Shown in pieces: positions 11,054-23,187 of a stretch of DNA of 64,000 bases. The stretch is from NCBI GenBank assembly GCA_958009085.1, contig OY253680.1:62001-126000 (forward strand), given 5' to 3'. A program made the translations under genes and the position numbers. The notes under the pieces were generated by a model. That model had not been told where the DNA came from. It was given only the letters and a program-made list of their open reading frames with translations, and made no database searches. The first letter of the stretch is position 1. Each line of letters begins with the position of its first letter. This DNA comes from Protoeuglena noctilucae. Its lineage: Eukaryota.

Positions 11054-14000
11054 CTAGCCGTCCTGCATCGGCGCCTCCGTCGCGGGCCCGTTCTCGTCCG
11101 GCGGGCCCGCGGGCGCGCCGTTCTCCTCAGCGCTGTCCCTCGCAGACCGGTCCCCCGCCCCGTGCCTCTCGTGGCCTTGAAGCGCCGCGGCTTCGAAATC
11201 CACCGGGACGTCCCCCGCCGCCTCCGCGGCGTCCATCCGCGCTCGCGCCTCCCAGTCCGACACGTCCAGGCTCGCGCCCAGCGGCACCGAGGGCGCTGCG
11301 CCGCCCGTCACCGCCATCGCCGCTTGCAGCCCCTCCTGCGCAGACCCGGCCCACCTGGGCGATCCCGGTGCCGTGTCATCCGCCGCGGTGGATCGCAGAG
11401 TGCCCGCGGCCGACTGCGGGGCGGGAGGAGGCTTGCACGTCAAAGCGGCTCGACAGGAGCACCGTGCACCGTGGAGTGTGGGGCTGCGAGCGAGTGCGTG
11501 ATGCATAACTAGCATGGTCACCTGCCCCCCCGCCTGGCGTCTCATGCGGAACCAGGCGTCCTTGAGCCCCTGCAGCTCCGCCACCATGCGCTCAATCTCG
11601 TACTTGTGCTCGAGCGTCTGCGCCTGGTAATGCTTCAGGTCCTCCTCCATTCGGTTCAGCTGACCGCTCTTCTCCTTATAAGACTTGCGGTAGATGCCGA
11701 GCTGCTCCACCACCTGAGAGGGGAGCGGGGAGAGCGGGGGTGTGGGTGCGGGTGGGGGTTACGGTGACGGGCAGGTGGGAGATGGGGTGGGCATAGAGAG
11801 CAGGCAGCTCTGCGGGTGTCTGACCAGCCCATACGCCCGTCACCTCCGGCCCCGGCTGCCGTGCCAGGATGTTCTTCAGATCAGTTACAAACTCCAACTA
11901 CAGCTTCCGCATCTCCACCCCCCTTCGCCCCTCACCTCCGGCCCCGGCTGCCGTGCCAGGATGTTCTTCAGTTCCAGGTACAGCTTCTCCTTCTCCTGGA
12001 TCATCAGGTCCTTCTCCAGCACCTCCTCTGTCTTTGAAATAAGTCGCCTCTGCAGCACCTGGATGTGCTGGATGTGCTCGAAGGTCTCGGGATCGGAGCC
12101 CTCGAGCTTGCGCCAGCTGCGGGGGGGGAAGGGGGGAGGGGGGTTGAGGGAAAGGGGAGTGAGGGAAGGGGGAATAATGAGTGATGAGGTCTGGGGTGGT
12201 ATCGTGGATGGAGGCTTTGCCTTGCACAGCAGCCGTTGACTGCTGGCGCGAACAATACCACCATCACGCAGCGACGCAACTACTGCTGTCTCCCCATGCA
12301 TGTGCCACTCACCGGTGCACGTTCATGGGCACCATAAGCTCTTCTTGCAGCGCCTTGACCTTGGCCTGTTCCCGCAACAGGCGACGGCGCAGCTGGTGGG
12401 TCTCGTGGCGAAGGCCGCCCACGTCTGGGGAGACATAAGAAGGGGGGGGGGGGGTCAAAAGACTGATTGGTATCACTAAATCATGACCCCAGTGGATGCT
12501 ATGCGTCTCAAAAATTTCACTCAGCTGCCACGCACGCCCTGACCCCACCCGACACCCTCACACACTACACCCTCACCCTCACCCCACCCCCACCCACACC
12601 TCCATAACCAACCACTCACCCGACACGGACGTCTGCAGCGCCTCCAGCTCTGCCTTGAGCACCTCCAGCCTCCTCCTCAGCGCCGTGATCTCCGAAACGC
12701 GGTCCCGGAACTGCGCCTGCCCCGCCGCCAGCATGCTCTGCTGCACCTTGATGCGCTCGTAGACCTGGGGTAAGGGCGGGTGAGGAAAATTGAATGTTGA
12801 TGTAAACAGATAAGAAACTTTATAGAACGCTCTCCTGCAATGGCAAGCATAGGACAGGGGTAACACATTGCCCACCCTCACCTTGGCCAGCTCCTGGTTT
12901 CGCTTGATGAGCTGCGCCCCCAGGATGTCCCTCTCGTTCACCACGATGTCGTACTCCTTCTTCTGCCTCGCCAGCTCCTGGTCGGCCTCATTGATGATGC
13001 GATTGAGCTTCTCCAACTCCTTGCGCTGGTTGGCCACCACCTGCGAGCGAGTAATAATGCTAAAGAAGGGTGACGGTCAAATGTTGGCCATGCGGGTGAG
13101 GCTGTGCAACTCCTCACGGTGAACTGTGCTGACACGAACCACTTTCAATCAATCGAGCAATATGCGAGTACTACCTGTAAACTATCGTCCTCGCCATCAC
13201 CCACCACCCCCTCACCTCGTCGGCCTCGATCACTTGCTGATGCACCTGACCTACACCACAGTCACCCTCTCACCCCATCTCTCCACCCCACCACCCCTCT
13301 CCCCTCACCTCGTCGGCCTCGGTGACTTGCTGCTGCACTTTGCCGAGGTTGTCGCTGATCTGCTCCGTGGCCTTCCCGATGTTCTCCTTCTTCAGCTGAT
13401 ACACCACCATCTCCATGTACTTCTGCTTAATCACGTCCTTCAGCTGCGTGATGGTGTGCGTCTGCGGGCACATGAGAGGTGGGGCGTGAGATACCGTGCT
13501 GTGATGACGTCTATGTCAAGGGATAGCAGCCATAGCAGCACAGCACTGGGTGACCCATGCCAAGCCTTGACTAATGACACACCATGCAACGAATGCCATT
13601 TGCAGCCAATCACTCCTCACCATCATCTTGAAGCGCCGCTTCATCTCCTGGATCTCGTCCTGCGTGCCAGAAACACAGCAAGCAACTGTGCATTTTTTCA
13701 GCAGGCCACCCACACACACTTTCTACCTTCGCATCCCACATACCCACACCCGCACCCCCACCTCCACCCACACCTCCACCCGCACCCACACCCGCACCCA
13801 CACCGCCCTCACCTGCGCCTCCACCAGGTTCTTGCTGTAGAGATTCCTGTCGCTGCGCACCGACTCGTAGAGATTCTGCTGCTGTTTCAAACGCGACTCC
13901 ACCTCCAATATGCGCCGCTGCAGGTCCACGATTGCCACCTCCCGTACCCGCACCTCCTCCAGCGCGCGGACGTGCTTCAGGCTCGCCGCCTCGGACTCTG

Positions 14001-17000
14001 CAGAGCACGAAAAGAGGGAGAAGTTGCATATTATTGTAATTGTACTCACAATAGCCTTGTATTTAATCCCATCCCACCCCGTCGACTCCCATCGCATCCC
14101 AGATTCTCCACCTCATAATCAACCATCTAGCCGTCATCAACAAATCACCAAAACCCCTCTCATCCATATCTCACTCTTGGTCAGCATGTCCCTCTCCATC
14201 TCCAGGTCGTGCATGATGCGCAATAATCAACTAACTAGTAATAAACTGAGTATCCCTCTCATCCATATCTCACCCCTCGTCAGTCTGTCCCTCTCCATCT
14301 CCAGGTCGTGCATGATGCGCATCTGCCGCTGCCCCTCGACCTGGTACCCCGCAATCTCGTGAGTCAGGTTGACCTTGTTGTTCTCCACCACCTTGATCAA
14401 ATCCGCGATCTTCACCGTCTGGGCGTCCTTGCTCGTCCTGTGGTGCGAAGGGAAAGACAAGAGGGTCGGTGTGTGTGCAGAAGAACGTGCTGGTCATCGC
14501 TCGTTGTGTCGTGATCGCGAACACATCGATGGCAGTGTGAGGGCTGAGTGCTTAGTCGTTTACAGCTCGTGGCATGGCACGTCTCACCTCAGCTTGTTCA
14601 GCACGTCCCTCTCCCTCACATATCCGTCCTGCCGCTTCTTCAGCAACTCCACCTCCTTCACCACCAACTCATTGTCCCTCTCCAGCGCAGCAACCTCCGC
14701 CTGCATGGTGGGAAACGCGACACTTGCGCAAAGCGCGACGACGCATAGTATACGCATAGTGCTATGGTTGACGCGAGCGCAACGGGTGTGTGAGAGGTGC
14801 GAGTGTGCAAGTGGTTGCATCGCTTGCCCCACATCCCTCAACTCCATCTCCTGCAACTGCGCCTCGTTTCTCCCCTTACCCTCATCCCCATGGGACCCAC
14901 GTCCCATGTCCCCGCAACCCTCATCCACCCCTCTCACCTGCAGCTGCGCCTTGTCCTTCTCCATACCCTCTTCCACACCCTCATCTCTCCCTCATCTCTC
15001 ACCTGCAGCTGCGCCTTGTCCTTCTCCATACCCTCTTCCACACCCTCATCTCTCCCTCATCTCTCACCTGCAGCTGCGCCTTGTCCTTCTCCAAATCCAC
15101 CTTGCGCCTCTGCATCCGCGCCGTCATCTGCAGCGTCGTCTCCCGTATCTTCTGCGTCTTGCCGATCTCCTCTCTCACGCGGGCCCCCTCCTCCTCGAAC
15201 TGACGAATCAACACCTCGCGCTTGGCTGGGGGCAGGGGGGTCACACAAGGGCAATCTCGTCTCGATATCGTCACCAAACCACGCGCAATTCGCGTTGCAT
15301 TAACTTGTCCACACATCATGTCACCCCCCTCACCGTTCTCCGCCACGTACTGCGTGTTGCGGTGCGTCTGCTCGTGCAGCTCCTCCGTCAGCCGCCCCGC
15401 CTCGGCGTTCCTCTCGTTCACCTCCTTGCGCAGCTTGTCCACCGTAGACGTCGCCTCGCGCACCTTCACCTCCGCCGCTGCGAGATGGGGGGTGCCAGTC
15501 TTGATGCTGAGGGTCGCCTTACCGCAGGCGAGGTGTGCGCTTGGCTCGCTCACCCTGACCTGCAGCATCCACCATAGCGGCCCCGTCAGCCACTTCACAA
15601 CCACACGCGCCCCCTTACAGGCGCCCCACCTCAGACACCCCCTCACCTCGCCCATTCTCCCCCACAATCTGACAGCCACACGCGTCCCCTCACCTCGCAC
15701 TTTCTCCCCCATGGCCTCATTCTCGAGCTGCTGCTCCACCAGGTGCGCCTGCATCTGCTCCAACTGCCCACGCAAGTCCACCACCTCCCGCTGCGGGGGG
15801 GAGCGACGAGCGAGAAGGTGGATGCGAGACGCAGGTGTAGAGGTTGGATGCGGGGCAGAAGGGTTATAGTGCCCAGGTGTGGTGGGTGGCTGTCAAACAC
15901 AGCCATGGCGAATAGGCATTGCAGGTGGCTGTGACAGGGATGCCCATGCAACCAGGCCCGTCCTAACCCCGCATGCATCCACTGTCTAGTCTCGCCCCGT
16001 CCCACCTCGAGCCTCGTGCGCCGCTCCTCCTCCCGCCGCCCCTCGTTGACCTTGTCCTTGCGCCGCTGCTCAATGTTGTTCTTGTCCTGCGAACCGTCAT
16101 CGATAATGGATCGTTGCAACGCAGGTAGACACATGCATTCTCGGAATGTTATCCTCGGCCGCCCGGCGTCAAACCCACACCGCACCGCACAGCACCGCGC
16201 AAAGGCACGTTAGCGCCGGTTTCCCTCGAACCCACCCAGACCGCCCCTCACCAGGACGAGCTCCTGTCTCTCGCGCTCGATGCGGGTGATTTTGGCCTGG
16301 ATCTCGGTTTCCTCCGCCCTCAGCCGCTGGATGCTGTCCAGCGTGGCCTCTTGCTCGCCTGCAATAACGTCGCGCTGCGAAACCAGGTCCCGCAGCTCCG
16401 CCTCCTCCTCCAGAACGATGCCCTCGCCCGTCTCGACCTGCCGCGTCAGCGCAGCGACCTCGGAACGCAGCGCGCGGATGCTCCGGCGCAGCTCCAGCTC
16501 CCTGCAGAGTGGGTGTCACGGGCGGCGCAGTAGCACTGCAGCGCTCGGCGGCGAGTCCGGCAGCGCGTGGAATGCCGCACGCACCTCCGTCGCGACGTCT
16601 CCGCGTCCTCCCAGGCCTTCTGGACCTCCTTCCGCAGAGATCGAATGACCGCCTCCTCATCGTCGTTCTTCATCACCACGTTGGCCGCCACGCGCTCCTT
16701 CTGCGCCACCAGCTCCGCCTCAATCTCCAGACCTGCGAAAGTGGTTCCGGCGCCGCGTGGAGCCGGGAAGCGCCCCGTGCAGCGGAGGGGTCCATGCCAG
16801 GCCATCGCAGGCGCGGCCCTCACGCTTGTTCTGCAGGTCCTCCTCGGCGTCGTGCTGCTCCCGGACCGCCGTCAGCGCTGCCCGGAATATCTCCGTGGCC
16901 ACGTCCGAATTGTCGAGCTCCTTAAGCTCCTCCAGCACCTGCAGAGCAAGCGGGGAGGGCGCGCGGCACTCGGCATCGCGTGCAGCGCGTCTCCCGGCCC

Positions 17001-17306
17001 AAAAGCCATCCCTGCTGCGTCTTTGTGATGGCATGAACACGAGACGCTATGCGAAAGCCACGGAGTCGCAATAAGCTTGCGCGTAGCTGAAAGTTTTTAC
17101 GACAGGTGTGGCAGGAGCACGGGCCGACGGCCTTGGGGGGCTCCCGCGGGCTCCCATTCGCAAATAAAATTCATACAAGCGCGGCGCGGCGGACATGCGT
17201 CGCGAGCGCGCCTCACCTTCCAGCATTTGTCCTCCATCAAGCGTGCCTGCGTGATTTGGTCCTCGAAGGCCGCGGCAGCATCCGCCGCATCCCCCGCGTC
17301 AATCAT
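11054..17306 (-). CDS. CFAP58: Cilia- and flagella-associated coiled-coil protein CFAP58 (CCDC147/FAP58/FAP189 family)
   Basis: Many coiled-coil exons carry the motifs QQNLYESVRSDRNLYSKNL, ERDILGAQLIKRNQEL, PMNVHRWRKLEGSDP and EKEKLYLELKNILARQPGPE. Confidence 0.9.
11840..11971. repeat. 40-bp exact duplication of a CFAP58 exon end plus its donor site inside the intron
   Basis: tcacctccggccccggctgccgtgccaggatgttcttcag occurs at 11840-11879 and 11932-11971. Confidence 0.95.
14155..14321. repeat. ~68-bp near-exact duplication of a CFAP58 exon/intron junction
   Basis: 14155-14222 matches 14254-14321 with a few mismatches. Confidence 0.92.
14932..15092. repeat. 65-bp-period tandem repeat spanning a CFAP58 donor site (3 copies of the junction)
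   Basis: cacctgcagctgcgccttgtccttctcca begins at 14935, 15000 and 15065. Confidence 0.95.
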
Positions 17307-17706
17307 GTTCTCGCCGTTCCCATCTCCGTGCAAGGGCAGGGACTCTGCGCGCGTTCGGGCTCAAGCGCCCACAGAGCACATGTGGCTCCACAAAGGAGGC
17401 TGGTTAACGATCGGGAGCCTTTCGGTTGCGGGCCCAGAGAGCCGAAACAAGACAGCGCAGGAACACACGACGTCTTTCGGCCAGCCAAGGCTCGGGAGAG
17501 GGCGAAACACGGGCCCCTGGCAGGGTGTCTGGCGCGGCGCTGCCAGATAGACGCGACTGAGCCTGCAGCGGATCAGCACGGTGCGTGGGCGGAGTGGCGG
17601 AGGGCCCGGGGCGACAGTCGCGCCCACGTCAGCGCCGGCGAGGTCGCACCGCAGGGGTGCAAGGCCCCCGAGCCCCGCGTGCAGTTGAAGATGCGCGTGG
17701 CGGAGT

Positions 17707-19216
17707 GTGGGGGGTTTCGTGCCGCCGTGGCGGCGGGGTTCGAGGAGGCATTCTGACGCCCAGGAGCGCGGCGCCAGCAGCAGCCTCACTCCGTGGGGCC
17801 AGCTGCACCGCGACGTGTCTGGGGCGCTGGAGGCGGCCGGCGCGGCCGACATTGAGCTGCCGGCCGTCACCGACAAGCGCAGCGGGGAGGTGCTGGAGGC
17901 GGTGGCGCGCGTGGAGGGTTACGTCGTCGACGACGCCGAGCTGATGAGGCTGGCGGAGAGCAGCGGGGGGGACGTCCGCGCGGCACTGATGTCGCTGCAG
18001 GTGGCGCTAACAGGTGTCAGGCCGCTGCCGGCCGAGCCGCCCGCCAAACGCCGGAGGCAGGGCGGTGGCAAGTCCAAGGCGGCAAAGGGCGCGAAGCGGG
18101 CGAGGTCGGTGCGTCTCGCGCTGGCGGACGGCGGCGACGCATTGCACGTCGCAGCCGCGCTCGCCCGGGACCCGCGGATGGGGTCCTTCCACGCCGTCGG
18201 GCGCATCCTGTACAACAAGCGCGCCGACGCCGACGACACCGCCCGGACAGCCGTGAGCATCAGCGACACGGACAGCGACGTGGAGATCGTCCGCCCCGCG
18301 TCCCGGGACTTCCTGTCGGCGGTGCGCGCGATGGCGCGGGCCACGAGGGTCGTGGTGGCGCCGGGGCTGGCGCGCCGGCCGATGGAGCGGGACCCGGACG
18401 CAGTGGTGGGGCGGAGTGGCCTGGGGGCCGAGGCGCTGGCGGGGTTTCTACTGGAGAACTACCACGAGCATTTCCGCGAAGACTGTTTCGAGGAGATGGC
18501 TGGGGCCGCGGAGAGCCTGTCGGGTGAGGCTGGGGGCGGGGTTACCCTAGTAGGAGTCCTACCCAGACTGGTGCTGCTTTGTCAGGAGCCACGCAGACGT
18601 GGGGGTTCCATGGCGCAGCCACCCTCGGCGTGTCATTCTTGCCGCTTCCCAACGGACAGGAGAGCTGGTTTCGCGGCGTGAGGGTCGACGTGCTTGATCA
18701 TTGGGCACTTTTTCTCCGGCCCACGCAGATGCCATGGCGATGGTCTATCACCCCAGCGCGCTGGTGCTGCGGGAGGTGGTGTGGGAGGACGGCGATGGCT
18801 CCTCAGGGGGCCTGCCCATCATGGACGCAATGGCAGCGTCGGTCGCGGCCCGGGGATACATGTTCCACAACCTCACGAGGCCCGCGAACTCCTTTCGGCC
18901 GACCCGGGGCGCGGCGCTGTGGAGCGTGTCACGCGCGGAGGCGCACAACAGGGAGGAGCTGGCGCGGGTGCGGGCGGCGGCTGCGACATCAGCGGGGGGC
19001 TTCCTCTACGGCAGCCTCTCGCGCTTCGCTGCCGAGTACCTGCCCTTCACGCGGTTTGGTGCCCTGCGGCCGGCACGGTGGGCGAGCGTATCGCGGGGGG
19101 AGATGCGCGTGGCGGAGTGTGGGGGGCCGCGTGCCGCTGTGGCAGCGGGGCCCGAGGAGCCGCAGGAGGAGCTGGGCAATGGGGACGAGGAGGTGGAGGA
19201 GATTGAGGAGAGCTGA
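17707..19216 (+). pseudogene. RAD17: RAD17-like checkpoint clamp loader, C-terminal portion only
   Basis: Motifs GDVRAALMSLQ, RDPRMGSFHAVGRILYNKR, FLLENYHEHF, an acidic EEIEES* end and one intron (18524-18728). No Walker A/B region or in-frame ATG was found between here and the CFAP58 start. Confidence 0.65.
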
Positions 19217-21489
19217 GTTGCAGCATGCACCGGGGAGGCCAGGACGGTCGCAGTGGCGGCGCTGTTGGCATAGTGGGGGCCAGTTGCTGATGTAGATGAG
19301 AGCTTGAAGGAGTCTGCTTTGGATTGGAGTCACCGGCCCCCCAGGGGCAGAAGAGGCGGAAGGGTGGCGAGGGGTGGGCCGGCGTGCTGTCGGCAGGGAG
19401 TTCGAGGCCGCGGCACGCGATTGTCGGCCTGCAGCGATCTGCGCGGCGCGTGGGCGCGGTGCCGGAGGGCCCGGGGCGCTGGCCAGGCCCACGCCGGCGC
19501 GGCCGCACGGCTGCGGCGCGCAGGGCGGTGGCGGCGGTGGTGCTCCATCCCGAGGCGCGCCGGGCCCGGCCCCCCCCCCCAAGACTCAAGGCGTAATGGT
19601 TCAGCCCGAACACGTCTGACACCGGCAGGGTCAGAGCGTGGGTCAACCGCGGCACGAGGGTGCGCACACCCTTCGTGAACACTGAGCGCGGCTTCGGGGT
19701 CATCATAACCAGCCAAGAGCGCCGGGCACAGGGGGGCGAACTCCCCCACTGGCCCCTTGGGAACCACACTCCCAGAGTGCGTGGGGGCTTTGCAAAGCGT
19801 CCCGGGGGCGGCAGCGTCGTTAGGCCACCTGAACGCGTGCGGTGAAGGCAGCGGCAGCCCCAAGGGACTGGGGGGACCGGATCTCGGGGACCTGGGTCCC
19901 CCGCTCTGTCCCACAAGAGGGCGCCAAAGCCGTACCAACACTCCGAACATGACGTGAAACCCTCGGCCACCGCCCCCGACTCTGCTAGGCCCCCGCCCAC
20001 CGGCGCCCGCCCGAGGTTTCCTTGCGGGCACCCCGAGACGAGCACCGACGGGCAGCCGGCTGTCCCGCGGAGCCGAACCCGGGCTTTAGGACCCTGGAGG
20101 GCCGGCGACCTTGAACTCCTGCACGTCCAGGCGATACCGCAATGTGAAGTACTCGCCACGTCCCGCGCATGCGCGAGCAGGCTACCCACACCATCACAGG
20201 AGTGCCATCTAGCAGACCCGGTGGGGCGCACCTTGCCGTGGCAGCCTATCACGCCCCCCGCCAGCAGAAGCTGCACAGCTGCGCCATGACAGAGCGATGC
20301 ATGCATAGGGCGCCATGGGATACGCTGGCGAGCCCTCACCTGTTGCGGCCTCACCTGGGACTTACCTGCGCGGCGGCTGACACTGCCCCTGGGACGCCCT
20401 CCCACGCGGACCTGCCATGCGGACCCTCACGGCAGATCACGCGGCAGCCGGGAAGCCTCCCCACTCGAACCTGCCGCCTTCTGCGTGGGCGGGGACGAGC
20501 CGGTCCCGATGGATGGATGTGCACTCCAATAGCTGAGGGTGCTGAGGTCCATCAGGATCCTCGCCGCACGAGCTAGGCCCGCGCGACAGGGGCGCCTTCC
20601 CCCGGGGCTGCCGCACCCCGGGGGTTCCATTATCGCAGTGCATATGGCACTTGGCCCGCCCCCGCTAGGTCCCCCCACCCGAAGGCTATGGGGCCGCCGC
20701 CCCGGGCTCCAGCGCCCCTAGCCCCTTCGCCGAACCGCCGCCCCTGCCGGGACGAGCAACCGCAGGATGCCACGCGAGCGGGCCCCTGGGAACAAATACA
20801 ACAACGAAGCAACGAAGCAGAGACAAGCCCCCATGCCGCGGCGCAGAGCACTTTCGCCCCATGCTTTCAGCGGACCCCACCCTGGTCCCACCGGCGCGGT
20901 CCCCGCGTCCCGCCGGTCGCTCTGCGTCCCCGTCACGAAAGCCTGCCGTCCCTCTGCACGCACACAGCGCGCAGCGCCCCGAAATCCCCCCTAGACTCGG
21001 GGGCGCGGCTTGTCCCGACCAGCAGAACTCGAGCGCGTCGTGCTGCCGCCTGGCGCCTGCCAGGGGATATGCGACCGCATCAGCCGTCGCGAATGCACGC
21101 AAAACACCCAACCACACCCCCTCGCCAACTCGCCAGCCTCCGCCTCGCCCAAACCACCGCCGAACCACCGCACTGCGCGCCACCGCGCCTTTTGTGAACC
21201 GGCTCTTCGTCACCGGCCATAAAGGCGCGGTGTCCAGAGGGCGCCACGAGGAGGCGGCCGGCGGATCGCGCCATCGCGCGTCCGAGTCCCCCCCCGAGCC
21301 GGTCCCCCCGCGCGCCGGGCCCGGGTGACTCCTCGCCGCTGCGGGAGCGTCGCGGGCGCGCGTGCGGGGGGCCTGGGTACCACGGGGGCGGTGGCGCGGT
21401 GGTGGAGGATGTGTTTGGCGCATTGCCGGATCTTATATCATAATGTCGGCCCTGCTATGTCACTGACACCGCGCGGTCATACCGCGACA

Positions 21490-21560
21490 GCTCCGGTGGT
21501 CTAGGGGTAGAATACTCGCTTGCCATGCGAGAGACCCGGGTTCGATTCCCGGCCGAAGCA
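21490..21560 (+). tRNA. trnG-GCC: tRNA-Gly (GCC)
   Basis: The sequence folds as a cloverleaf with anticodon arm CTCGC-TTGCCAT-GCGAG and T arm CCGGG-TTCGATT-CCCGG. There is one C4:A69 acceptor-stem mismatch. TTTT lies at 21595-21598 and a TATA-like tract near 21433. Confidence 0.93.
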
Positions 21561-21658
21561 ATAGTCTCTCCCCGCTCACGCGGGCGGCCTCAGCTTTTGC
21601 ACTGCGCCCGGGGGGAAAAAGGATCGCACCCCAGACTCGATCGGCAAAAGATGTGCCG

Positions 21659-21778
21659 GCAAGCGGACACTGGAGGTTCCAGAGTGGTCCCCCACCTCCG
21701 TACTGATCCAGCCCAACCGAGCTTGACTTCTGGGTTCTGATGGGACCAGGTACTTTCTCGGTGGTTTGATCCGCTCAC
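21659..21778 (-). rRNA. 5S: 5S rRNA (single dispersed copy)
   Basis: 120 nt with helix I GTGAGCGGA/TCCGCTTGC and the conserved blocks CCCATCAGAAC, GAAGTCAAGC, AGTAC and GGGACCAC..GGAA. A TATATA lies about 25 nt upstream and T4/T5 terminators lie downstream (21646-21649, 21616-21620). Confidence 0.93.
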
Positions 21779-23187
21779 GTCAACCAGAGTGCGGATCTCA
21801 ATATATAGACCAGACGTTTTGCAACAGGCCCCCGCGCAGGCAAACATCGCGCGTGGCCCCAGTGCACCCACCAAACTGCACAACCTCGAACAACCATCCC
21901 CGCTGAGAGTTTGCGCGCCGGCGGCCTCCCCGGCGAGCTGCCAGTGCTGCCGCCAGAGCGTGCGTGTCCGCTGGCGTCCAGCTGAAGGCCCCGGACCCCC
22001 GACAACCCCGGCAAAATTCTGTCGGCCCGGTAACGCGCGCCCTGGCGGGGTGGGGGCTTGCGTTGGCGCTCTCGCAGGCCCAGCATCCCCCGTCGTCGTT
22101 GTTAGCGCACCACATCGCCCGGGCTGCGCGTCGTGATTCGACGTCCGCGGCCTGGCGGCGCGACCTACTCCAACATCCGTTCGATCCGCAGCTCCCTGCA
22201 TCGGAAGCGGGCGGGCATCGCCGTCCCGGCGGAGGTTCCGGGCAGAGACGCAGCTGAGCTTGACGAGGCCTCCGCGAGCTGCGCGAGCTTCTGGATCCTC
22301 AGCCCTCACGCGGGAGTTAGAGCTCTCTTCTTCAAGAACGGCTCCGCGGAGAATCCTGCGGTCGCGACGCCCAGGGAGCACGCTACTCACACCCCTGTCT
22401 CGCCGCCTCTTTGCTCGTCGATCTTGACCTTCCGCTGAGTCTGATTGGCATCTGCGCCCCGGCTTCTGCCTCTGTCGGCGGCATGCAGCGCTTGGCGGCG
22501 GCGATGCGCCGCTTCCTCCCAGCTCGGTGCATGCACGCCACTACTTCGCGCTCAGATTTGCGGTCGTTGAGCTGCATGTGGGCCACTGCCGCGTCCCTGT
22601 TGCCTCCTTTTCCTGCAGGACTCCATCCACACAGGACGTATCCTGGCCGTTCAAACCCGCTCCCTCCCCGCCGCCCACCGCAGGGAAGAGACCCGTGCCG
22701 TCGCGCAGGCCCAGGCCCCGTTGCGGGCCTTGCAGGCACGCCTGGACGAGAGCCCGACGGGGCAGCAACGCTAACGCGATTGGCTGCAAGGCTCCACTGC
22801 GCTTGCCGCTGCCCGACAACGTGCCTTGCAGAAAAAGACCATGCGCTTCTGGGCCTTGGAAGCAGTCGCGGGCACGTCAGCGGGGTTCCTGGCGGAGGAC
22901 GCCTCCAGGGCCGTTGCCGCGCCCCTGCTGCCCGCGGCTCTCGAGAGGACGGCCCTGGCCACGCAGTACCTTGACATCAGGTGACGTGGGGTGCGCCATG
23001 ACACTGCTGCCCGGGACTCCTAGCCGCAACTCCACATGCCGTTTGACGTCTGCCGCATGCGTTGGCCTTAACATGTGCAGTAACTGTGGTGACAGTGCGA
23101 GCGAGGGACAACAGCCGCTGGGACCCTAGCCGAGTCGAGGGATTGACGACGACAGGTGGCATGGTATTGAACTTCAGACCCCTCTGT

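Noticed and set aside
19590..20100. Telomerase RNA, SRP, RNase P/MRP or hammerhead ribozyme
   Set aside because: I could not find the diagnostic conserved motifs by eye, and hairpins are expected at this GC content.
21850..23150. Degenerate gene fragments between the 5S gene and the NLR
   Set aside because: Short stop-interrupted frames with no recognisable family or consistent exon chain.
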